DNA from: Acidobacteria bacterium bin61 | Lineage (GTDB): Bacteria; Acidobacteriota; Vicinamibacteria; Marinacidobacterales; SMYC01 | DNA: 64,000 nt | NCBI GenBank assembly: GCA_963578475.1 | Contig: CAUZCL010000018.1 | Coordinates: forward strand, 4,579-68,578 | Direction of reading: 5' to 3' | In this document: positions 1-10,227 of the stretch, piece by piece | Layout of the letters: every line of letters begins with the position of its first letter | Numbering within the stretch: position 1 is the first letter of the stretch | Program-made: the position numbers and the translations under genes | The notes under the pieces: generated by a model | The model's database searches: none | Seen by the model: only the letters and a program-made list of their open reading frames with translations | Told to the model about the DNA's origin: nothing

Positions 1-385
1 GCCCGGCGCGGAAGTAGTGCCGCGCCGCTGGACCGCGGAGACGGAAGTCGAGGACTTGAGCGATATCGATATCGGGGTCATGCCACTTCCAGACGAGCCG
101 TGGACACGCGGCAAATGCGGGCTCAAGGCTCTTCAATATATGGCTCTCGGCATCCCCGCCATTGTTTCTCCTGTCGGCGTGAACACCGAGATCGTCGCCC
201 ACGGCGAGAACGGTCTCGTCGCGGACAGCGACGCAGCCTGGCTCGCGCACTTGAAAACCCTCATGCTCGACTCGGCACTGCGGCACCGGCTCGGCGCCGA
301 AGCGCGCAAGACCGTCGTGACCCGCTACTCGGCGCGTGTCATCGCGCCGAAGGTGGCCGAGATTTTTCGCCAAGCCGCGCACTAG
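1..385 (+). CDS. Glycosyltransferase family 1 (GT-B), C-terminal part; the 5' end lies outside the window
   Basis: The ORF beginning at 17 runs in frame from the window edge. It carries the GT1 C-terminal motif region (...GLKALQYMALGIPAIVSPVGVNTEIVAHGENGLV...). Confidence 0.6.
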   Translation, partial: PGAEVVPRRWTAETEVEDLSDIDIGVMPLPDEPWTRGKCGLKALQYMALGIPAIVSPVGVNTEIVAHGENGLVADSDAAWLAHLKTLMLDSALRHRLGAEARKTVVTRYSARVIAPKVAEIFRQAAH

Positions 386-451
386 TCCCCGCCGAGATCT
401 CGCGGACAGCGCGGTATATCATGATCCTGCTGTCGACTAGATGGAGGAATC

Positions 452-1656
452 ATGACGCGATCGAGTCTTTTTCTGTGGGTGTCCGTGACGCTCGCCGTTG
501 CTCCGCTCTGCTCGTCTCAAGAATCCGATGACGAGCTCCGTGCCCGGGCCGCCCGGTTGCATCAGAGCGCCATCGTGGTGGATACCCATACCGACCTGAC
601 GCCCTTCATCATGAAGGACACCAAGCCCGCCGAGATCACCGACTCGGGTATGGCGGGTAACGCCAATTTCCCGAAGGACGACCTCCTTCACGCACCCATC
701 CGCAGCCCGTGGATGCGGGGCTTCCCGCCGGGCGCTTGGAGCTTTGCCGAACGGCACGCTGACGGCTACATGGATTTACCGCGCATTCGGCAAGGCGGTC
801 TCGATGCGGAGTTCTTCGCCATCTATATGGAGCGGGAGCCGCGCCCGGGGATGGCCGTCAAGAGAGCGCTCGCGCAGATCGAGTCCGTACACGCGCTTTG
901 CGAAAAATATCCCGATGATATTGCGCTGGCAACCACGGCAGATGAAGTGCGGGCCATCGCTGCCTCGGGACGCGTGGCCGCGTTGATGGGCCTCGAAGGC
1001 GGCCACATGTCGAGGACGACCTTAGAGTCCTGCGCATGTTCCACAGGCTGGGTGTGCGTTACATGGCACCCACACACGCCTTCAACATCCATTGGGCCGA
1101 CTCCTCCGGGACCGGACGGCCCGTTCCCGAACGACATGGCGGGCTCAGTCCTTTCGGTGTGGAAGTAATCAAAGAAATGAACCGCCTCGGGATGGTGGTC
1201 GACGTTTCGCACGTCGCGGATGCGACGTTCTTCGACATCATCGAGGTGACGAAAGCTCCCGTCATCGCCCCGCACTCATCGGTGGACGGCGTCAAGGAGC
1301 ACGCCCGCAACATGTCGGATGCGATGCTCCGCGCCCTTGCGGAGAACGGCGGCGTCATCCAAATCAACGCGGTTATAAAATATATCGATCCGATCGAGCG
1401 CGAGCACACGCCTATCTCGGTTTTCATGGATCACATCGATCACGCCATCGAGGTCGCGGGAGCGGATCACGTCGGCATCGGGCTCGACTACGGCTATACG
1501 GCCCCGGCCCCCGTCGACCTCGAGAACATCTCGAAGCTCGGGAACGTGACCTACGAGCTTCTGAAGCGCGGCTATGACGAGGAGACGATTCTGAAGGTGC
1601 TTGGCGAGAACACTCTGCGCGTCATGCGTGAAGTGGAAGCGGTCGCGGCGCGCTGA
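452..1656 (+). pseudogene. Membrane dipeptidase (peptidase family M19, renal dipeptidase-like) with an N-terminal signal peptide. A 1-bp frameshift near 1007-1012 breaks it.
   Basis: Frame 2 (452..1168) ends ...GLEGGHM, and frame 1 (1036..1656) continues with EDDLRVLRMFHRLGVRY... That junction matches the M19 GGHxI-DSL-VLR motif. AIVVDTHTDL and other zinc-ligand regions are present. A single missing base after 'at' at about 1008 restores the frame. Confidence 0.7.
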
Positions 1657-1684
1657 CGCTACCGAGCACGTGGGCTCTACATAG

Positions 1685-2695
1685 TTGCGCGAGCCATCGG
1701 AGGCGCTATACGATAGATTTATGGGCACAGGCGGGAGTATTAGCGGGCTACCTTCATCGAAGCGCTCCTTCGTCTCACGTCAGCCGCCCCATGTCTCGTT
1801 CGAGTTCTTTCCCCCGAAGACGCCGGCAGGCTGGGACAAGCTCAAACAGACCGCGGCGCAATTGGCCGAGTACGAACCGGATTTCACCTCCGTAACCTTC
1901 GGGGCCGGCGGCAGCGGTAACGTTCGAACTTTGGAAGCCTGCCTCAGCGTCCAAAGCGTGCTCGAGGCAGACGTCGTGCCCCATCTCTCCTGTATCGGCC
2001 AGACCCGCGACTCGATTGAAGCACATCTAGCGGAGTTCCACGACGCGGGTTTCACACGAATTCTCGCGCTCCGAGGCGACGTCCCCATCCATGCCGAAAG
2101 CACAGAAATTTCGTTCCCGCCCGGCGGTTTCCGCTATGCCGACGAGCTCGTCTCTTTCATCAAGAGTCATGGTAACTTCCACATTCTCGTCGGCTGTTAC
2201 CCTGAAGGGCATCCTGAAGCGCCCAGCCTGCAGACCGACATCGACAACTTCATCCGTAAAGTCGAAGCCGGGGCGGACGCCGCCATCACACAATATTTCT
2301 TCAACAATGCCGCCTACTTCCATTTCGTCGACGAAGTGCGCCGGCGCGGCCTCGACATACCAATGGTCGTCGGTTTGATGCCCATCTGGCCTTACGAGCA
2401 AGTCCTTCGCTTCTCCGGGAAGTGCGGCGCCGATGTGCCGCTTTGGATCCGAAAGCGCATGGAAGGCTATGAGAACGATCCCGAGTCCCAGTTCGAGTTC
2501 GCCGTCGAGGTCGCCGTGACCCAGTCGGAGGAGCTTCTCAGAAACGGCGCCCCCGGTATCCACTTCTACACGCTGAATCGCCCCGAGGCAACGCTTCGCA
2601 TCTGCGCGAACCTCCGCGGCCAGAAGATCGAGCGCGGCCCCGCATCCGATGACGTTGCCTATGGCGAGGTCGAAGTCCCCGCAAGTCTCTCCTGA
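1685..2695 (+). CDS. metF: 5,10-methylenetetrahydrofolate reductase
   Basis: Full-length similarity to MetF (HVSFEFFPPKT, FTSVTFGAGGSG, LRGD...). The start may instead be the internal Met at 1724. Confidence 0.85.
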   Translation: MREPSEALYDRFMGTGGSISGLPSSKRSFVSRQPPHVSFEFFPPKTPAGWDKLKQTAAQLAEYEPDFTSVTFGAGGSGNVRTLEACLSVQSVLEADVVPHLSCIGQTRDSIEAHLAEFHDAGFTRILALRGDVPIHAESTEISFPPGGFRYADELVSFIKSHGNFHILVGCYPEGHPEAPSLQTDIDNFIRKVEAGADAAITQYFFNNAAYFHFVDEVRRRGLDIPMVVGLMPIWPYEQVLRFSGKCGADVPLWIRKRMEGYENDPESQFEFAVEVAVTQSEELLRNGAPGIHFYTLNRPEATLRICANLRGQKIERGPASDDVAYGEVEVPASLS

Positions 2696-2703
2696 ATCAG
2701 TTC

Positions 2704-3898
2704 TCAGTTTTCAGTCAGAACCCCTTCGATCACCACGTGGTAGCGATCGGCCGCTAAATTCACGCGCTCGGTTTGCTCTCCGCTCGGCCAGCGGATCCGG
2801 ACCTCGTCGACGACCGTCGCCGCGCCTAGCCCGAAATGCAGGCGCGAATCGCTGGACGAGAAAATACTTCCAGAGGCGTGGACCTCCTTCACCTGGGTTC
2901 GCCCTCCGCTCTCGAGCCACACGCGGGCGCCGGCGGCGTCACGATTGCTCTCACGCCCGATGAGAAAAAGACTCACCCAAGGCCGGCCGACAACGTCGTT
3001 GCGCAAGAGCGACGGCGCCTCGTCGATATTGACGACCACGACGTCGACGTCTCCATCGTCGTCCACGTCACCGAAGGCCGCGCCCCGGCTCGGAGCCGCT
3101 TCCGCAAAAATCGTTTCTTCCTCGAAGGTACCATCTCCGCGGTTCAGGAAAATCTAGTTCGCCTGTCGATAGCTCGTCGCCGTCATTGTCCAGATCAACA
3201 AAGTGTGTCCCCCAGCCGAGCTTCCCTAGGCTCGGTGTAGAAAGGCCCAGTTCATCGGTAACGTCAGTGAAGAGCCCGTCCCCCGAGCTCTCATAGAAGG
3301 TGTTCGTCTCGTGAGAAAAGTTGGTGACGATGATATCGAGACGCCCGTCCGCATCGGGATCGCCGAAATCGACGCCCATCCCAGCCTCGGTATCTCCGGT
3401 GGCGTTGTAGGCAGCCCCCGAGAGCAGACCTACTTCGCGGAAGAGTCCGCGGCCGTCATTTTGGTAGAGGAAGTTCGGCAATGTGTCGTTGGCAACATAG
3501 AGGTCGATGTCACCGTCGTCGTCGTAATCGGCCGCGATGACGCCCAGCCCGTAGGTCCCTGTGGGATCGTGAAGCCCGGCAGATTTCGTGGCCTCCACGA
3601 AGCGGCCATCCTCATTACGACAGAAGACATCGCTTTGCCCGTCCAAGCCACGAGGCCCGCACATGACCGGCAGCCCCAGCCACACGCAGGTCGGATCCGA
3701 GCGGGGCGCCGGGATCTTCGACAGGTCTGGATCGACGTAATTGGCAACGTACAAGTCGAGATCGCCATCACCGTCCGCGTCGAAAAAAGCCGCGCTCGTG
3801 CCAAATCGCCCATCGGAGGCCTCTCTGACTTCGAAGAACGTGCCGTCGCCGCGATTTCGATAAAGAACGTTCGCGGAACTGACGAAGCTCGGGCTCAT
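2704..3898 (-). pseudogene. FG-GAP repeat / ASPIC-UnbV (CRTAC1-like) protein. It is truncated at the 5' end by a transposase remnant and frameshifted near 3150.
   Basis: FG-GAP repeats are repeated (DADGDGDLDLYVANY, DDDGDIDLYVAND, NRGDGTF). The C-terminal UnbV/ASPIC block (GARVWLESGGRTQVKEVHASGSIFSSSD, RIRWPSGEQ) is in a different frame (2704..3066) from the repeat region (3068..3898). There is no signal peptide or N-terminal region. Confidence 0.65.
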
Positions 3899-3899
3899 C

Positions 3900-4110
3900 G
3901 TGTCGGAGGTGACGGTATCGCGTTACATGCCGCGCCGGCCTGCCGAGCCCGACCAAGTGAAGCGCTGGGTCGCGTTCTTGCGCAACCACAAGGACGACAT
4001 CGCAGCGATGGATTTGTTCACGTTGCCGACGGTGTCGCTTCGGCTGCTGTATGGCTTCTTCGCCGTTTCCAGTGGCGCACGTCGCTTGGCCCGAAGCCGT
4101 GACCGTTCTT
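3900..4110 (+). mobile_element. Remnant of an integrase-core (rve-type DDE) transposase, internal fragment only
   Basis: ...YMPRRPAEPDQVKRWVAFLRNHKDDIAAMDLFTLPTVSLRLLYGFF... matches the conserved W-x-FLRNH / AMDFFTVPT block of a widespread rve-family transposase. There is no N-terminal HTH and no catalytic C-terminus. The ORF tail is degenerate. Confidence 0.55.
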
Positions 4111-4361
4111 GCTTTCCGATCATCAAGTCCGCAGTCGACGTGACGGTGGCGCGGTCTCACGCACGTCGACCTTACTTTCTTCTTCTTCGTCGTCGGGGCA
4201 CACGAGCCCGCAGTTCCCGCGCCGATTAATAATGGCGAACGACAGCGGCCGTGAGCAGCACAACGAAAGCAAAAGCCGGCATAGCGAACACCTCCCAGCC
4301 ATCAATCTATCACGACCGCGGGACGCTTCGATTGTGGGCGGGAAACGGTTACACTACCCAC

Positions 4362-4991
4362 GTGACTGACACGTCCACGCCGACAACCATTCTCTTTCTC
4401 TGCGTCGCCAACTCGGCGCGGAGCCAAATGGCTGAAGGGCTGGCCCTTTCTCTCGCGCCCGAAGGGATTACGATCTTGAGCGCCGGCTCGATGCCGGCTC
4501 AGGTGAGCGCCTACGCGATTGAGGTGATGAGCGAGATCGGCATCGACCTGTCGGCGCATCACTCCAAGTCGGTCGACGACATCCCGAAAGAGAACGTTGC
4601 GACCGTCATCACACTCTGCGCCGAAGAGGTCTGCCCGGTTTTCCCCGGGGAGGTCGAAAAGCTCCATTGGCCTTACCCCGACCCCGCGGGTGTCGTCGGG
4701 TCGAAAGAAGAGATCCTCGAATCGTTCCGCCGGGTTCGCGATCAAATCCGCGCCAAGCTCGTCGCATTCTTCGATAGAGGCCCTCGCGGGCGAGCTCGCC
4801 ATGCCCGAAAAGCTCAGATTCCGCGCCGGAAGCGCCGAGGAAGCGTGGGTGCAGATGGAGACCGCGCTCGCGCCCGGCATCAAGGACGCGAAGTTCTTCT
4901 ATCACGCAGGATGTATTCGCGCCGCGCTTGCGGATTCCGAGAGAGCAACACATTACTGGGAGCGCTCACTTCGGCTCGACCCCTATTCTGA
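4362..4991 (+). CDS. arsC: Arsenate reductase, LMW-PTP type. The 3' end is uncertain.
   Basis: ILFLCVANSARSQMAEG (CX5R P-loop of the LMW phosphatase/ArsC family) and a downstream Cys pair. The likely start is GTG at 4362. The last ~70 codons of this frame are low-complexity and overlap a more plausible small ORF, so an indel may have removed the native stop at about 4780. Confidence 0.6.
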   Translation: MTDTSTPTTILFLCVANSARSQMAEGLALSLAPEGITILSAGSMPAQVSAYAIEVMSEIGIDLSAHHSKSVDDIPKENVATVITLCAEEVCPVFPGEVEKLHWPYPDPAGVVGSKEEILESFRRVRDQIRAKLVAFFDRGPRGRARHARKAQIPRRKRRGSVGADGDRARARHQGREVLLSRRMYSRRACGFRESNTLLGALTSARPLF

Positions 4992-5049
4992 AGTGGCCGC
5001 GGCAGCGAAACAGGCCCTCGCTGAGCTCGCCGATTCCCGAGCGACGTAA
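4801..5049 (+). CDS. Small TPR-like hypothetical protein
   Basis: An 82-aa ORF with a TPR-like helix pattern (AKFFYHAGCIRAALADSERATHYWERSLRLDPYSE). It overlaps the tail of the arsC frame. Confidence 0.3.
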   Translation: MPEKLRFRAGSAEEAWVQMETALAPGIKDAKFFYHAGCIRAALADSERATHYWERSLRLDPYSEVAAAAKQALAELADSRAT

Positions 5050-5211
5050 CTAAGATTCCCAGGGCGCGGCGCGCATAAGTTGGACTCATTCGGAAAGTGC
5101 CGGTCTTGCACAACCTGCCTCCTCAAGGTTGAACGTTGATGAGAAAGTCCGCTTCGAGCACCGCGGAGCTAGTGCCGAACTCGACATTCTGGAGATTCAA
5201 CGTTTCGAGGC

Positions 5212-5712
5212 TCACGCGCCCGGCCCCGCGGTGAGCTCGGCAATATAGCTCTCGATGTAAGGCTTCGCCCGGATCCTCATCTGCGGAGTGAGCTGTCGCT
5301 CGATGAGCTTCGAGAAAACGTCGAAAAGCTTGTGCTCGGCTTCGAATCTCAGCGCCTCGAGAAAGAGCTCCCCGTCCCCATAGCTCGGAACGCCGCTCAC
5401 GACGATGTCGAAATTGTCTCCAGGCCCGACGCACGTCCCGGCGACTTCCTTGCCCGCGCGTGCTGCAAAGAGAAACCGTATCTGGAGCCGCTCCCCGACC
5501 GCGCTGACCCTGGGCTCCTGGATGAACGCGTAAGCACACATGTCCTCCGGCGCTCCTTGGAGATAGCGCCGGCCACCTTCGGTCAAAAATCTCGTCGTGA
5601 GGATCCGCTCCACAGACGCATAGGCCACATCGAGCTTGGCCGCCGCGCCCGCCACTTGAACGTGTAAGAGAAAAAGGAGCAACACCGCCATGAACGCCTT
5701 CATCATTGCCAC
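5212..5712 (-). CDS. Hypothetical exported protein with a signal peptide
   Basis: N-terminal MAMMKAFMAVLLLFLLHVQVAGAAAKLDVAYASV signal peptide and a non-repetitive sequence. Its 5' end is duplicated at 6368-6450. Confidence 0.5.
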   Translation of the reverse strand: MAMMKAFMAVLLLFLLHVQVAGAAAKLDVAYASVERILTTRFLTEGGRRYLQGAPEDMCAYAFIQEPRVSAVGERLQIRFLFAARAGKEVAGTCVGPGDNFDIVVSGVPSYGDGELFLEALRFEAEHKLFDVFSKLIERQLTPQMRIRAKPYIESYIAELTAGPGA

Positions 5713-6095
5713 TCTCCTTGCTGGACTCGGCGTGCATCATACCAATGAGTGAACGCAAATCGAAAAACCGGAACCCCCGAGAGGTAACGTACCAGCTCGC
5801 TCGTTGGATGCACGCTCTCGGAAAAAGCCCGGTGCGATCCACGGTCTGCTCATAGTGGCTCTCGAAGGAGCTGAGCTCAAATCGGCCCGAGGTTCCGTCT
5901 CTCCTTCGGATCCCGATTCAGGTCGAAAGCTTCGAGAAAGGAGCCCGCGACGGCCGCTACCAGTAAGAGCACTCGTAGGCGAGGGCTCAAAAAAAGAAAC
6001 CCCCTATAGCTCGTATTGAGCGAGAGCCAAAACATGCAAGCACGAACGTATTATATTTCCGCCTCGTCTCGCTGTCGTCGCTCGTCGTGCAGCTT

Positions 6096-6450
6096 GATGT
6101 CACGAGCGTCGCACGTCCGTCCTCGGTGAAATAGTCGTCTTGCGGACCCAAGACGATGCGGAGCGTGACGCCGGTTTCGCTCGTCTCGGCCCGCTCCTTC
6201 AACGACGGCCAACGGCGATTGCTTCAGCTCCTAATAACGTTAGCTCGTCGCACGCTTGAAGCGCGCGGCCTTGAAAGCCGCCCACCTCGGCAAGGACATA
6301 GGTGGAGCGTGAGCCGAGAACGGGCGGAACGTCAATCCCGCCCGCGAACCAACGTAGGCTCTTGACGGACGCATACGCCACGTCGAGCTTGGCCGCCGCA
6401 CCCGCCACTTGGATGTGTAACAGAAAGAGGAGAAACAGCGTTGCTTTCAT
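6096..6450. repeat. Mosaic duplication. A ~90%-identical copy of an internal pxpC (KipA) segment (8047-8319) is joined to a copy of the 5' end of the exported-protein gene (5617-5712). Together they form a chimeric 83-aa ORF (6199..6450, minus strand).
   Basis: By direct comparison, 6096-6360 aligns with 8047-8319 and 6368-6450 aligns with 5617-5700. The chimeric ORF reads MKATLFLLFLLHIQVAGAAAKLDVAYASV followed by the KipA fragment GGIDVPPVLGSRSTYV... Confidence 0.8.
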
Positions 6451-6468
6451 TCTGCCCCCCGTTCTTGG

Positions 6469-7614
6469 TTACCCCACCCGCTTGCCTTCCTTTTCCCATT
6501 CACTCGAGAGATCGGAGAGAACCTCGACGATCCGGTCCTGATCGTCCTCTCCTAAATAAGCATGCATCGGAAGACTGAAGATCCTGCGCGATGTCTCTTC
6601 GGCGCACGAGAGCGAGACCGGACAGAGCGCGACATCCCGGAAGGCCTCCTGCTGATTCAAAGGCTTAGGGTAGTAGACCGCCGTGGGAACCCCCGCCTCT
6701 CGCAGGCGCTCGCGATCGATGGTGCGCTGGTCGCTTAGCAACGAGTACTGCGCCCATACGGACCGGTTGCCCTCGGGGATCTTCTGAAGCGTTCGCGCTC
6801 CACTCAAGCGATCCGTGTAGCGGGCGGCAACAATCTGTCGCTTGTCGACTTCCTCTTCGAATATCTCGAGCTTCTCGAGAAGCACCGCCGCCTGAAACGT
6901 ATCGCAGCGGCCATTTAAACCGATACGCACGTTGTCGTACTTGTCACGACCTCCCCCGTGGACCCGCAGAGAGCGCAGCGTTTCCGCAACCTCATCGTCG
7001 CTCGTGAAAACCGCCCCGGCATCTCCGTAGCATCCGAGCGGTTTCGCTGGGAAGAACGACGTCGTTGCGATGGGAGCGTTCGACCCCGCGCGTTGGCCCG
7101 AGGCCGTTGCTCCAAAGGATTGGGCCGCGTCCTGGATCACGAAAAGTCCTTGCTCCTCGGCAAGCGCGTGGATCGATTCGTAATCCGCAACGAGGCCGAA
7201 GAGATCCACCACAATGACCCCACGCGGGCAGCCGAGTCCTTCATCACGCACACGGTTGATGGCATCTCGCAAGCTTTCCACGTCCAGGTTCCACGTCTCC
7301 GGATCTATATCGACGAAAGCCGGCGTCGCACCGATGAGAGGCAAAACCTCAGCAGTGGCCACGAACGTAAACGCGGGTACGAAAACAATGTCTCCGGGAA
7401 CGACGTCCATAGCGAGAAGAGCCATGAGGAGCGCGTCAGTGCCGCTAGAACAACTCACCGCGTGCTTCACCCCAGTGAAGTCCGCGAGTTTTTCCTCGAG
7501 CTCGAAGACTTCCGGTCCCATGATGTACTTCCCGTGATCGAGCACTCGTCGGATCCGCTCCTCGATGCGCTCGCGCAGGCGCTGCTGCTGGGCCTTTAAA
7601 TCGATGAACTCCAT
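6469..7614 (-). CDS. DegT/DnrJ/EryC1/StrS-family PLP-dependent sugar aminotransferase
   Basis: Full-length match to ArnB/WecE/PglE-like aminotransferases (VSCSSGTDALLMAL, SFFPAKPLGCYGDAGA). Confidence 0.8.
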   Translation of the reverse strand: MEFIDLKAQQQRLRERIEERIRRVLDHGKYIMGPEVFELEEKLADFTGVKHAVSCSSGTDALLMALLAMDVVPGDIVFVPAFTFVATAEVLPLIGATPAFVDIDPETWNLDVESLRDAINRVRDEGLGCPRGVIVVDLFGLVADYESIHALAEEQGLFVIQDAAQSFGATASGQRAGSNAPIATTSFFPAKPLGCYGDAGAVFTSDDEVAETLRSLRVHGGGRDKYDNVRIGLNGRCDTFQAAVLLEKLEIFEEEVDKRQIVAARYTDRLSGARTLQKIPEGNRSVWAQYSLLSDQRTIDRERLREAGVPTAVYYPKPLNQQEAFRDVALCPVSLSCAEETSRRIFSLPMHAYLGEDDQDRIVEVLSDLSSEWEKEGKRVG

Positions 7615-7775
7615 ATTGAGATTGTTCGCTCCCAGGTTGACATTCTGGCCGAGATTACACTATCGGCCGATCGTCGAGCTTAGTGTTTCATCAAGCGCCA
7701 AGAATAGAGTATCGCCGCCAGACGAGCAAATCGGCAGGGAGGTTCTCCTGAACAGCGAGCTCGAGCGGTGGCGCG

Positions 7776-9383
7776 TTAGACCTCGACGGCCCGGAAACGA
7801 ACGCGCTCGCCCGGTAGAAGCTGCGCGAGCTTCGCGACGTCGTCGCCGACCACAGTGGCGATCTTCGGATAGCCGCCGGTGGTGGCGCGGTCGGCCAGCA
7901 TCACGATGGGAAGGCCGTTCGGGGGCACCTGGACGGCGCCGAGCATCATCCCGTCGGAAATGATCTCCTGAGCGTCTTTGTGCTCGAGCATCGACCCTTC
8001 CAACCGATAGCCCATGCGGTCCGAGGCAGGCCCAACCGTGTAGGCCGATGTCACGAGCGTCGCGCGTCCTTCCTCGGTGAAATAGTCGTCTTGCGGACCC
8101 CAGACGATACGGAGCGTGACGTCGGCTTCGCTCGTCTCGGCCCGCTCCTTCAACGACGAGACACGGCCAACGGCGATTGCTTCGGCTCTTAATAACGACA
8201 TCTCGTCGCCCGCTTGAAGCGCGCGGCCTTGAAAGCCGCCCATCTCGGCAGGAACATAGGTGGAGCGCGAGCCGAGAACGGGCGGGACGTCAATCCCGCC
8301 CGAGAACGCAACGTAGGCCCGCGCACCCGAGCGCCGGCCCTCGAAGGTCAAGACGTTGCCTGGACGGAGCCGAAAGGAGCTCCAAGGGGGCACGGGCCAG
8401 CGCTCGAGGTCGCGGCGCTCGACGACCGCGCCCAAGTCGGCCCCCGTCACCGAAGCGATCGTCGTTTTGAGGCAGCGGAGCCTCGGCCCGCTGACGGTAC
8501 ATTCGAGCGCGGCCGCGACGGGCTCGTTTCCCACGAGCTCGTTTGCCGCGCGAAGCGCGGGAGCGTCAACCGCACCCCCGACCGGGACACCGTAGCGCTG
8601 ATAGCCGACGCGGCCGACATCCTGCACCGTTGTGAAGAGGCCGCCGTCTTCGACCGCAAGACTGGGGCTCGTCGTCGGAAGCTTTGGATTCGCGGGCGAC
8701 GGAGGCTCATATGCCGGAAGCCTTTTGACAGGCACGAAGCGAACGCGGTCGCCCGGAAGAAAGCGGCTCGGAGGATCAGAATGGACGTCAAACATCGTTC
8801 GGTGCTCCGCGCGGCCGAGAAGATGCCATCCTCCTGGCGTTGATTGCGGATAGATGCCCGTCTGTCCCATCGCGATCGCCACCGCTCCGGCTGGCACGCG
8901 CGTGCGCGGGGAGTTGCGGCGTCCGAGCGCAAGCTTTTCGTCCGTCATTCCCATATAAGCGAAGCCAGGCGTAAAGCCGACGACGTAGACGAGGTACTCC
9001 GTCCCACTGTGAAGCCCTATGACATTTTTCTTCGTGACGCCAGCGAGCCGCGCCACGTCATCGAGATCCTCTCCGTCGTAAACAGTGGGAACCTCGTGCG
9101 AACGCGTCGGCGGTCGCGTCGGCGAGGCGTCGAGTTTCTTCGCCAGGTTTTGGACCTGCGCTTTTATAGCTTCGAAGCTCGCAGTCGCCGGCTCGTAGAA
9201 CACGAGCAGCGAGCGGTAGGTTGGTATGGCTTCGATGTAGCCATCGAAGGGTGCTTTGAGAATTGCTTGGTCGAGCGCACGGACTTCTTCGTTCAAGCCG
9301 GGGTCGATAGCGTTTCCGAGCTCGATCACGACGGCAGCGTCGCCCGCCCGAAGAAAGCGACGCTCGCTCATGCCCTCACCCAC
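7776..9383 (-). CDS. pxpBC: 5-oxoprolinase subunits B and C fused (KipI-KipA; allophanate hydrolase subunits 1 and 2 family)
   Basis: The N-terminal half is KipI-like (PTYRSLLVFYEP) and the C-terminal half is KipA-like (GGAVDAPALRAANELVGN, cyclophilin-like). It lies directly downstream of pxpA. Confidence 0.8.
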   Translation of the reverse strand: MGEGMSERRFLRAGDAAVVIELGNAIDPGLNEEVRALDQAILKAPFDGYIEAIPTYRSLLVFYEPATASFEAIKAQVQNLAKKLDASPTRPPTRSHEVPTVYDGEDLDDVARLAGVTKKNVIGLHSGTEYLVYVVGFTPGFAYMGMTDEKLALGRRNSPRTRVPAGAVAIAMGQTGIYPQSTPGGWHLLGRAEHRTMFDVHSDPPSRFLPGDRVRFVPVKRLPAYEPPSPANPKLPTTSPSLAVEDGGLFTTVQDVGRVGYQRYGVPVGGAVDAPALRAANELVGNEPVAAALECTVSGPRLRCLKTTIASVTGADLGAVVERRDLERWPVPPWSSFRLRPGNVLTFEGRRSGARAYVAFSGGIDVPPVLGSRSTYVPAEMGGFQGRALQAGDEMSLLRAEAIAVGRVSSLKERAETSEADVTLRIVWGPQDDYFTEEGRATLVTSAYTVGPASDRMGYRLEGSMLEHKDAQEIISDGMMLGAVQVPPNGLPIVMLADRATTGGYPKIATVVGDDVAKLAQLLPGERVRFRAVEV

Positions 9384-9410
9384 CTGGTGGGCATTCGGGA
9401 GAGCCCAACA

Positions 9411-10172
9411 TCACCCGATGGGGCGAACGTCGACGCCACTCTTCCTGAGAGCGGCCCGAACGATCCTCGCATTGTCGAGCGCGGCGGGGTTGTCGCCGTG
9501 AAGGCAAAGCGTCTCCGCATCGAGTGGCACCACTGTGCCGTCATGCGCGGTGACCTGCTTTTCTGCTGCAATCGATACGGCTTGAGCGCCAGCACGTTCG
9601 GGGTCGGTGATGACAGAGCCTTCGATCTTCCGCGATTGCAGCGTCCCGTCCGCGTTGTAGACGCGGTCGGCAAAGGCTTCGCCCGCATAGCGCAGCCCAT
9701 TCGACTCCGCCGCCGCGCGCATCACCGCAGACCCGGCGAGGCCCACGAAGATGAGGTCACGGCTCACGCGCGCCACCCCGCGCGCGATAGCACCGGAGAG
9801 CTCTTCATCGGTGACGGCTTGGTTATAAAGCGCGCCGTGCGGCTTGACGTGGACGAGCGGCAAGCCATGCGCTTTCGCGAAAGCCAAAACGGCCCCCACT
9901 TGATAGACGATATCGGATTCCACGTCATCCGGGCTCGCCGCCACGTTCTGCCGCCCGAAACCTCGAAGGTCGTGGTGGCTCGGATGAGCGCCCACGGCAA
10001 CCCCGTGTTTCGCAGCGAGGCCAACGGTGCGGTCGATGATGCTTGGGTCGCCCGCGTGAAAGCCGCAGGCCACGTTGGCCGACGTTACGAGCTCGAGCAT
10101 CGCGTCGTCATCGGCGCCGATGCGGTAGATGCCGAAGCTCTCCGCCATATCGCAGTTGAGATCGATGCGCAT
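9411..10172 (-). CDS. pxpA: 5-oxoprolinase subunit A (LamB/YcsF family)
   Basis: MRIDLNCDMAESFG...ANVACGFHAGDP...HVKPHGALYN. The start is chosen at the conserved MRIDLN Met. The ORF in the track begins 9 codons earlier. Confidence 0.8.
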   Translation of the reverse strand: MRIDLNCDMAESFGIYRIGADDDAMLELVTSANVACGFHAGDPSIIDRTVGLAAKHGVAVGAHPSHHDLRGFGRQNVAASPDDVESDIVYQVGAVLAFAKAHGLPLVHVKPHGALYNQAVTDEELSGAIARGVARVSRDLIFVGLAGSAVMRAAAESNGLRYAGEAFADRVYNADGTLQSRKIEGSVITDPERAGAQAVSIAAEKQVTAHDGTVVPLDAETLCLHGDNPAALDNARIVRAALRKSGVDVRPIG

Positions 10173-10227
10173 GCCGCGATTGTATAACTTCGCTTTCACT
10201 CGCCGAAAGCGCTAAAATAGGCATCCT

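Noticed and set aside
8844-10187. A long plus-strand ORF (447 aa) antisense to pxpBC and pxpA. Similar long antisense ORFs occur at 12005..13042, 25921..27225, 5123..5842 and 23593..24285.
   Set aside because: These ORFs are Arg/Gly/Ala-rich low-complexity translations with no domain similarity. They are typical of the opposite strand of high-GC genes. The sense-strand genes they overlap have clear homology.
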